Assembly (NCBI GenBank): GCA_004366205.1
Contig: SIRW01000022.1
Location: 73,239 to 137,238 of the forward strand
DNA from: Actinomycetota bacterium
GTDB taxonomy: Bacteria > Actinomycetota > Acidimicrobiia > Acidimicrobiales > CADCSY01
Length of the DNA: 64,000 nt
Direction of reading: 5' to 3'
Position numbers and translations under genes: made by a program. Shown one piece after another: positions 57,368-64,000 of the stretch (within the stretch, counting starts at the first letter, position 1; each line of letters starts with the position of its first letter). The notes beneath the pieces were generated by a model. The model saw only the letters and a list, made by a program, of their open reading frames with translations, did no database searches and was not told the origin of the DNA.

Positions 57368-58257
57368 CAGGCCTCCTTCCCGAGCAGGCCGGAGGGCCGC
57401 AGCGCGAGCACCGCCACCAGCAGCACGAACACGGCGAGCCACTCGACGTTGGGCAGGTTCTCGGCCACGACCTCCACGCGGGTCAGGTAGCTCGCGCTGA
57501 ACGACTGCACCAGCCCGAGCACGACGCCCCCGATCACGGCGCCGGGCAGGCTGGTCATGCCTCCCACGACGGCGGCGACGAAGGCGAACACGAGCAGCGA
57601 CTGGGTGACGACGCCGGGGGTGAAGGGCTGCAGCCCGGCGAACAGCACGCCGGTGACCCCGCCGAGCAGGCCGGCCATGCCCCACACCAGCGACGACATG
57701 CGCCGGGTGCCGATGCCGACCAGGTCGGTGGCCACGGGCTCCTGCGACGCCGCCATGACGGCGAGGCCGAGATCGGTGCGGCTGAAGAACAGGTAGAGCA
57801 GCAGGGCGAACAGCCCGAGGGCGAGCATCACCAGGACCCGCTGCCACTCGATGGCGACGTTGAAGACGACGAAGGCGTTGCCGGCCACGAGCGGCTCGAA
57901 GGTGCGCAGCTGCGGGCCGCCGCCGGCGCCGACCTGCAGGGCGATGGCGCCGGTGGCCACGGCGGCGGTGGCCACGAGCATGATGACCTTGGGGGCGTTG
58001 GCGAGGGGTCGGGCGACGAACCGCTCGACGCCGAGCCCCATGGCGATGCCGACGAGGATGCCGACCAGGGCGGCGACCAGGACCGGCAGCCAGAAGTTGG
58101 CGATGTAGGCGGCGAAGGCGGCGACCGTGCCGAACTCGCCCTGGGCGAAGTTGAACACCCGGCTGCCCTTGTAGACGAGGACGATGCCGAGCGCCAGCAG
58201 CGCGTAGGGCGCGCCGAAGAACAGGCCCAGCACGATCGTGGCGATCAGCTGGTCCAA
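57367..58257 (-). CDS. livH: Branched-chain amino acid-type ABC transporter permease (LivH-like)
   Basis: Contains YALLALGIVLVYKGSRVFNFAQGE. TTG start. Confidence 0.88.
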   Translation of the reverse strand: MDQLIATIVLGLFFGAPYALLALGIVLVYKGSRVFNFAQGEFGTVAAFAAYIANFWLPVLVAALVGILVGIAMGLGVERFVARPLANAPKVIMLVATAAVATGAIALQVGAGGGPQLRTFEPLVAGNAFVVFNVAIEWQRVLVMLALGLFALLLYLFFSRTDLGLAVMAASQEPVATDLVGIGTRRMSSLVWGMAGLLGGVTGVLFAGLQPFTPGVVTQSLLVFAFVAAVVGGMTSLPGAVIGGVVLGLVQSFSASYLTRVEVVAENLPNVEWLAVFVLLVAVLALRPSGLLGKEA

Positions 58258-58294
58258 CCGGGCCCCGTTCGCTGCTGGTCGCTCGCCACGTCGC

Positions 58295-59713
58295 TCAGAA
58301 CCGGGCGAAGGTGTCGATGGTCCGGTACTGGCCGATGCTGCAGTCGACCTGCAGCACGTGCACCTCGCTCGCCCCGAAGTGGTTGTCGGGCGAGTAGCTG
58401 AGCGTCGGGTTCATCCCGGTCCGGAGGCCTTGCACCCGTTCGGTCGACTGCACGAACCCGGGTCGGGTGAGGTGCTCGCCGGCGGCCTCGAGAAGCGCGG
58501 CGATCGCCTTGGTCGACGCCCACAGGGCCACGTAGATGTCGTCGGTGCCGTTCCAGCCGGCGGCCCGGGCGGCTTCGGCGAACTCGGGGTCGAGCTGGCC
58601 GGCCTGGTCGACGCCCGGGAACGGCGAGAAGAAGATCGAGCCGTCGATCTGCTGGCCGCTGGTGCGACAGCCCGTGCTGGCGACCGTGTTCAGGCCCATG
58701 GTCAACCCGGCGCCGACCCACTGGATGTCGCACGTGACGGCCCGCAGCATCGTCAGCCAGTTCGTGGGCGCCATGAGCGGGTAGGCGACCCGTACGCCGT
58801 CGACGCAGAGCTGGCGGGCGACGTTGGCGAGCTCGGTCGAGGACGGCACCCTCGACAGCCGGTAGGCGCGGGCGTCGATGGCGCCCGTGAACGCCTGCAC
58901 GGCGTCGGCGAAGTTCGGGGTGTCGAGGTGCACGATGGCGGCGTTGCCGGCCCGGTCGGCGAAGCGCTGGCGGATCAGGTTGGCCAGGTACGGGCCCTGC
59001 TGGGGGTACGACATCGACAGGGCGAAGTAGCCGCGCAGCGCGCGCATGCCCCGCTCGGTCACGCCCGACGACAGGTACGGCACGCCCAGGCCCTCGGCCG
59101 TGCGGGCGCAGGCCTGGATCTGGTCGGCGCCGCCGCCGCCGACGAGCAGGAAGGCGTTGTTGCGCTGCACGAGCTCGGTGCAGCGGCGCGACGCCGTCGA
59201 GGGCTGGTACTCGTCGTTGACGACCTCGACGCGGATCTGCCGGCCGTGGATGCCGCCGCGCTGGTTGATCCAGTTCGGGAAGACCTGGGCGGCCTGGGCG
59301 AACGAGGCGGGCAACGGCGCCGCGCCGGTGATGGGCGCGTGGATGCCGATGAGGATCGTGTCCCCCCAGGCCTCACCGGCCGGCTGGCCGGCGCCGCCGG
59401 CTCCCTCGCCTCCTCCCCCGCTGCCACCCCCTCCGGGCCCGCCACCGGGTCCGGCGCCGCCGCCCCCGCCGGGTCCGCCCGCGGGGCCACCCCCGCCGGA
59501 CGGGTCAGCTCCGGGATCGCCGGGGTCGCCCGCCTCGCCGTCCCAGTCGTCGTCGAGCTCGCCGTCTGCGAAGCCGGGGTCGCCCGCGGCGAACCCGTCG
59601 TCGGCGGTCCGGCCGCGGGTCTCGACGTGCACGCCGGGCTTCTGCCCGCAGGCGACGGCCACGAGCGAGAGCGCGACGAGCAGGACGGTGGTGCGCACGG
59701 TGGTCGGTCGCAC
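58295..59713 (-). CDS. ABC transporter substrate-binding lipoprotein (type I periplasmic-binding fold) with an approximately 100-aa Gly/Asp/Pro linker
   Basis: Lipobox LVAVACG, then DDGFAAGDPGFADGELDDDWDGEAGDPGDPG...GGGGSGGGGEG, then ILIGIHAPITGAAP. Confidence 0.8.
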   Translation of the reverse strand: MRPTTVRTTVLLVALSLVAVACGQKPGVHVETRGRTADDGFAAGDPGFADGELDDDWDGEAGDPGDPGADPSGGGGPAGGPGGGGGAGPGGGPGGGGSGGGGEGAGGAGQPAGEAWGDTILIGIHAPITGAAPLPASFAQAAQVFPNWINQRGGIHGRQIRVEVVNDEYQPSTASRRCTELVQRNNAFLLVGGGGADQIQACARTAEGLGVPYLSSGVTERGMRALRGYFALSMSYPQQGPYLANLIRQRFADRAGNAAIVHLDTPNFADAVQAFTGAIDARAYRLSRVPSSTELANVARQLCVDGVRVAYPLMAPTNWLTMLRAVTCDIQWVGAGLTMGLNTVASTGCRTSGQQIDGSIFFSPFPGVDQAGQLDPEFAEAARAAGWNGTDDIYVALWASTKAIAALLEAAGEHLTRPGFVQSTERVQGLRTGMNPTLSYSPDNHFGASEVHVLQVDCSIGQYRTIDTFARF

Positions 59714-59719
59714 AGCGGG

Positions 59720-60838
59720 TCAGCCTCCCTGGGGGATCGGGTCGGAGCGGCGGCGGGCCAGCAAGCGGCTGACACCGCCCTCTCGGACGGGCACGGGCTC
59801 GCCGGCGGGCCCCAGCGCCGTGCCCGACGCCCAGAACGCGGCGGCGGCGACGACGACCAGCAGCCAGCCGGCCAGCGGGAAACCGGTGTTGGCGGCCGGG
59901 ACGGTACGGGGGCGGCTCGGGCCCGGCGCCGGGGCGGCGGTCTCGTCGCCGCCGGCGGCCTCGTCCTCCGGGAGCGGCACGCTGCCGACGTCGTCGGGGA
60001 ACACGTCGATGCCGTCCTGGGGGTCGAACGGGGCGGGATCGGCGAAGCCGCCGCCGTCGAAGCCGCCGCCGTCGAAGCCGAACCCGTCGCCGCCCCCCTC
60101 GCCGAAGCCGTCGTCGAGGCCGCCGGAGAACTCGAACACCACCCGCGGCCGCACCTCGTCGCGAGCGTCGGAGGCGTTGGCGTACCCCGCGAGGGTGAGC
60201 TGGAACGCCGGGAGGCCGCTGTCCTGGTCGGGCGTGCCCGGTACGAGGACCACGCCGAAGCCCTCGCCGTCGACCCAGCCCTGGGCCATCTCGGTGAGGT
60301 CGAAGGTGTACGTGGCCCGCCCGGCGCCGTCCTCGCCCTGCTCGGGCACGACCGCCTCGGCGCACGCCGGGGTCGGCCGGTCGACCCACGGGTTCGAGCC
60401 CGGGGCCGCACCCCACGGCTCGATGATCGTGCACGCCTGGAACACCGGCGTGCCGTGGTCGAGCCGGTTGTCGGGCGCCTGGGTGAAGGTCACCTCGAAC
60501 CGCTCCACCGTGCCGCCCATGGCGTCGAGGAGGTCCCACTGGAACGCCGCCCACCCGGTGTCGCCCTGGTCGGGTCCGGCGTTGCCGCCCAGGCTCGAGA
60601 CCACGTAGGCGCCGGTGTCGGGGGCCTGGGGTGCGGGCATCTCGCCCGGCGAGACCGGGCCCGCCGGCGTCTCGACCTGCGGGGCCCGCTCCTTGGCGCG
60701 CGAGAACCACCCCTCGATCGTGCCGAGCGGGCCGTCGGTCTGGGCCTGGGCGCCCGCGGCGATGCTGCCGCCCGCCGCAACGGCGGCCAGCAGCGCGACC
60801 ACCCGCAGGACCGGGCGCGTGATCGGTCGGCGGCTCAC
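59720..60838 (-). CDS. Secreted or membrane-anchored hypothetical protein with a Gly/Asp/Phe-rich segment
   Basis: Signal peptide VLRVVALLAAVAAGGSIAAGAQA, the segment GGLDDGFGEGGGDGFGFDGGGFDGGGFADP, and a late TM helix GWLLVVVAAAAFWA. Confidence 0.6.
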   Translation of the reverse strand: MSRRPITRPVLRVVALLAAVAAGGSIAAGAQAQTDGPLGTIEGWFSRAKERAPQVETPAGPVSPGEMPAPQAPDTGAYVVSSLGGNAGPDQGDTGWAAFQWDLLDAMGGTVERFEVTFTQAPDNRLDHGTPVFQACTIIEPWGAAPGSNPWVDRPTPACAEAVVPEQGEDGAGRATYTFDLTEMAQGWVDGEGFGVVLVPGTPDQDSGLPAFQLTLAGYANASDARDEVRPRVVFEFSGGLDDGFGEGGGDGFGFDGGGFDGGGFADPAPFDPQDGIDVFPDDVGSVPLPEDEAAGGDETAAPAPGPSRPRTVPAANTGFPLAGWLLVVVAAAAFWASGTALGPAGEPVPVREGGVSRLLARRRSDPIPQGG

Positions 60839-60893
60839 CAGCGGCGGAGCCTAGTCCTGACCCGCGACGGCGCGCAGGTCAAGACGAATCCGC

Positions 60894-61907
60894 TCAGACC
60901 TCCCAGGTCGCCCCTGACCGCAGGAGCTCGGCCAGGTCACCGGGGCCGTGCTGGTCCTGGGCCGCCGCCAGCTGGGCGCTGACCGACGCGCCGTACTCGG
61001 GCCGCTCGACGGCGCGGAACACGCCGATCGGCGTGGGCTCGAACGGACCCCGCGACAGCCGGGACAGGGCGAAGGCCAGGCTGGGCTCGGCGCGCTGCTC
61101 GTCGTGCACCAGCAGGGCGTCTGCGCCCACGTCGGCCACGTCCACGACGCGGGCGTGACCCTGGGCGTCGAGGACCACGCCCCGCTCGCCCTCGGGGCCG
61201 AAGCGGATGGGCTCGCCGTGGCGGAGGTCGATGAGCATCTCGGACCGCTTGTCCTTGGCCGTGATGGCGCCGAAGGCGCCGTCGTTGAAGACGTTGCAGT
61301 TCTGGTAGACCTCGACGAAGGCGGCGCCGCGGTGCTCGTGGGCCCGGCGGAACGTCTCCATCATGTGCTTGCGGTCCATGTCGTGGGTGCGGGCCACGAA
61401 CGTGGCCTCGGCGCCGATGGCGACGCTCAGGGGGTTGAACGGGGCGTCGAGCGATCCGAAGGGCGTCGACTTGGTGACCTTGCCGATCTCGCTGGTCGGC
61501 GAGAACTGGCCCTTGGTCAGCCCGTAGATCTGGTTGTTGAACAGCAGGATCGTGATGTTCACGTTGCGGCGCAGGGCGTGGATCAGGTGGTTGCCCCCGA
61601 TCGACAGGCCGTCGCCGTCACCGGTGACGACCCACACGTCGAGGTCGGGCCGGGCCATCGCCAACCCCGTGGCGATGGCGGGCGCCCGACCGTGGATGCT
61701 GTGCAGCCCGTAGGTGTTCATGTAGTAGGGGAAGCGGGCGGCGCACCCGATGCCCGACAGGAACACGGTGTTCTCGGGGCGCACGCCGAGCTCGGGCAGC
61801 AGCAGCTGCACGGCCGCGAGGATCGAGTAGTCGCCGCAGCCCGGGCACCAGCGCACCTCCTGGTCGCTGGCCCAGTCCTTGCGGGTGGTGGTGGGCGCGT
61901 CGCTCAT
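60894..61907 (-). CDS. korB: 2-oxoglutarate/2-oxoacid:ferredoxin oxidoreductase beta subunit
   Basis: Contains WCPGCGDY and GDGDGLSIGGNH (TPP-binding). Confidence 0.92.
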   Translation of the reverse strand: MSDAPTTTRKDWASDQEVRWCPGCGDYSILAAVQLLLPELGVRPENTVFLSGIGCAARFPYYMNTYGLHSIHGRAPAIATGLAMARPDLDVWVVTGDGDGLSIGGNHLIHALRRNVNITILLFNNQIYGLTKGQFSPTSEIGKVTKSTPFGSLDAPFNPLSVAIGAEATFVARTHDMDRKHMMETFRRAHEHRGAAFVEVYQNCNVFNDGAFGAITAKDKRSEMLIDLRHGEPIRFGPEGERGVVLDAQGHARVVDVADVGADALLVHDEQRAEPSLAFALSRLSRGPFEPTPIGVFRAVERPEYGASVSAQLAAAQDQHGPGDLAELLRSGATWEV

Positions 61908-61911
61908 GGGA

Positions 61912-63795
61912 TCAGGCCTCCAGCTCGTCGAGGGCGGCGAGGAACCGGCGCTCGAGCTCGCCGGCGGTGAAGGGGACGCCCTGCACCTTGCTGACCACCT
62001 CGGCGTCGACGAGGAACTCGGCCCGCACGAGGCGGGTGAGCTGCCCCAGGTTCATCTCGGGCACGAGCACCTTGCGGTAGCGGCCGAGCACCTCGCCGAG
62101 GTTGGCGGGGAAGGGGCTGAGGTGGACGAGGTGGGCGCGGGCGATGCGCCGGCCCCGGGCCCGGACCCGCTCCACGGCGGCCGAGATCGAGCCCCACGTC
62201 GATCCCCAGCCGAGCACGAGCAGGTCGGCGTCGTCGTCGCCGTCGACGGTGACGGGCGGGATGTCGTCGGCGATCCCCGCGATCTTGGCGGCCCGGAGGT
62301 GCACCATGCGCTCGTGGTTGGCGGGCTCGTAGGAGATGTCGCCCCGACCGTCCTGCTTCTCGATGCCCCCGATGCGGTGCATCAGCCCAGGCGTGCCGGG
62401 GATCGCCCAGTCGCGGGCGAGGGTGTCCGGGTCGCGCTTGTAGGGCCAGAACTCGGCGGTGCCGTCCTCGGCGAGGTGGTTGGGCTCGGTGGCGAACGTG
62501 GTGCGGATGTCGGGCAGGTCGGCCACGTCGGGCAGGCGCCAGGGCTCGGCCCCGTTGGCGAGGTAGCCGTCGGACAGCAGGATCACCGGTGTGCGGTACT
62601 TGAGGGCGATGCGGGCGGCCTCGATGGCGGCGAAGAAGCAGTGCGACGGGCTGTAGGCGGCGACCACGGGCAGGGGCGCCTCGCCGTGGCGGCCGTAGAG
62701 GGCCTGGAGCAGGTCGGCGGCCTCGGTCTTGGTGGGCAGGCCCGTGGAGGGGCCGCCCCGCTGGATGTCGACCACCAGCAGCGGCAGCTCGAGGCTGACG
62801 GCCAGCCCCAGGGTCTCGGCCTTGAGCGACAGGCCCGGGCCGCTCGTCGTCGTGACGCCGAGGTGGCCGCCGTAGGCGGCGCCCAGGGCCGCGCCGATGC
62901 CGGCGATCTCGTCTTCGGCCTGGAAGGTCCGCACGCCGAAGCGCTTGTGCTTGGACAGCTCGTGGAGGATGTCGGATGCGGGCGTGATCGGGTACGACCC
63001 GAGGAAGAGCGGCATGTCGGCGAGCTGGCTGGCGGCCACCAGGCCCCACGCCAGCGCGGTGTTGCCGGTGACGCTGGTGTAGGTGCCGGGCTCGAGCGTG
63101 GCGGGCGCGACCTCGAAGCGGTGCTCGAACAGCTCGGCCGTCTCACCGAAGTTCCAGCCCGCCTGCAGCGCCGCCTGGTTCGCGGCCAGCACCTTCTCGT
63201 TGCGGCCGAACCGGGCCTCGACCCAGCGCCGGGTGGGCTCGAGCGGCCGGCTGTACATCCACGAGAGCAGGCCGAGGGCGAAGAAGTTCTTCGACCGGTC
63301 GGCGTCGCGGGGCTTCACGCCGAGGTCGGCGACGGCCTCGACGGTCATCGACGTCATCGGCACCTCGTAGACCGTGTAGCCCGCGAGGGTGCCGTCCTCG
63401 AGCGGGTTCGACGAGTACCCCGCCTTCTTGAGGTTGCGCTCGTCGAAGGTGTCGACGTTCACGAGGATCGTGCCGCCGGGCTCGACGAGGTGCAGCTCGC
63501 TGCGCAGCGCCGCCGGGTTCATGGCCACCAGCACGTTGGCGGCGTCGCCGGGGGTGTGGATGTCGTGGTCGGAGATGTGCACCTGGAACGCCGACACGCC
63601 GTGCACGGTGCCGGCGGGGGCGCGGATCTCCGCGGGGAAGTCCGGTAGGGTCGCCAGGTCGTTGCCGAACAGGGCGCTGGCGCTGGTGAAGCGGTCTCCG
63701 GTGAGCTGCATCCCGTCGCCGGAGTCGCCGGCGAAGCGGATCACCACGTGGTCGAGGCGCTGCAGCGGGCGGGCGGGTTGGGCCGTCTCGGTCAC
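61912..63795 (-). CDS. korA: 2-oxoglutarate/2-oxoacid:ferredoxin oxidoreductase alpha subunit
   Basis: Contains IRFAGDSGDGMQLTG and SYPITPASDILHEL. Length 627 aa. GTG start preceded by GAGGGA. Confidence 0.92.
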   Translation of the reverse strand: MTETAQPARPLQRLDHVVIRFAGDSGDGMQLTGDRFTSASALFGNDLATLPDFPAEIRAPAGTVHGVSAFQVHISDHDIHTPGDAANVLVAMNPAALRSELHLVEPGGTILVNVDTFDERNLKKAGYSSNPLEDGTLAGYTVYEVPMTSMTVEAVADLGVKPRDADRSKNFFALGLLSWMYSRPLEPTRRWVEARFGRNEKVLAANQAALQAGWNFGETAELFEHRFEVAPATLEPGTYTSVTGNTALAWGLVAASQLADMPLFLGSYPITPASDILHELSKHKRFGVRTFQAEDEIAGIGAALGAAYGGHLGVTTTSGPGLSLKAETLGLAVSLELPLLVVDIQRGGPSTGLPTKTEAADLLQALYGRHGEAPLPVVAAYSPSHCFFAAIEAARIALKYRTPVILLSDGYLANGAEPWRLPDVADLPDIRTTFATEPNHLAEDGTAEFWPYKRDPDTLARDWAIPGTPGLMHRIGGIEKQDGRGDISYEPANHERMVHLRAAKIAGIADDIPPVTVDGDDDADLLVLGWGSTWGSISAAVERVRARGRRIARAHLVHLSPFPANLGEVLGRYRKVLVPEMNLGQLTRLVRAEFLVDAEVVSKVQGVPFTAGELERRFLAALDELEA

Positions 63796-63855
63796 GATTC
63801 CCTCGGGTCGCGGGCGGTGCGGGGGCGGCAGTGGGCCGCCCGGTGGCTCATGCTA

Positions 63856-63879
63856 CCGGGTGACACCACCGTCACCGGG
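63856..63879 (-). terminator. Hairpin 21 nt downstream of the upstream gene's stop. Possible intrinsic terminator without a U-tract.
   Basis: ccgggtgac-accacc-gtcaccggg, 8 of 9 bp paired. Confidence 0.25.
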
Positions 63880-63899
63880 GGTCGGAGGACCCGGCTCGC

Positions 63900-64000
63900 T
63901 CAGGCGACGGACGCCTCGTAGATGCTCTTGATGGACGCGTCGAGGGCGGCGTCGAACTCATCGTCGCTATGCTGGGCGGTGAGCCCTTCGGTGAGCGCCC
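63900..64000 (-). CDS. 3' end of an unidentified CDS (C-terminus ...ALTEGLTAQHSDDEFDAALDASIKSIYEASVA*)
   Basis: Manual minus-strand translation is open to the right-hand edge, with TGA at 63902..63900. The family was not recognised. Confidence 0.4.
   Translation of the reverse strand, partial: ALTEGLTAQHSDDEFDAALDASIKSIYEASVA

Noticed and set aside
59826-59905. Sortase-type sorting signal (PAANTG followed by a hydrophobic helix) in the secreted hypothetical protein
   Set aside because: The motif is not LPxTG/LAxTG. About 40 residues follow the helix rather than a short basic tail. No sortase gene is in the window.

Overview
This is a very GC-rich bacterial chromosomal segment (GC not computed). 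It is gene-dense, with no intergenic gap longer than about 170 nt, and about 55 of 65 genes lie on the minus strand. Gene content and order match the conserved actinobacterial core known from Mycobacterium. One block runs tlyA, nadK, recN, steA, an mctB-like gene, pyrG, a NUDIX gene, xerD, scpAB, rluB, cmk and der. A second block combines pgsA2-like, gcvH, FHA, MerR, a bifunctional nuclease and MerR with gcvT-PA-PB. A DUF512 gene next to der, korAB and an F420-type LLM oxidoreductase suggest an Acidimicrobiia-like actinobacterium, but this is inference and cannot be verified here. I found one tRNA-Pro(GGG). I found no rRNA, CRISPR array, transposase, phage integrase or recognisable defence or toxin system. 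Many long ORFs in the six-frame track are GC artefacts or read-throughs, so I reset true starts by homology pattern, by stop/start coupling (GTGA, ATGA, TGATG) or by -10 boxes. Most of the window is ordinary housekeeping DNA. The observations most worth a second look are: (1) a five-gene translationally coupled envelope module (MurJ, a GT, a 764-aa ectodomain plus 11-TM protein, a divergent PNPT and a lipoprotein) sitting where mctB and pyrG are adjacent in mycobacteria; (2) a perfect 30-bp tandem repeat that multiplies the gcvPA-stop/gcvPB-start junction; (3) a 60-nt structured element present twice, 29 kb apart, in convergent intergenic regions; (4) a tlyA whose conserved N-terminus lies upstream of any canonical start codon; (5) widespread leaderless-type promoters, including one overlapping divergent pair.
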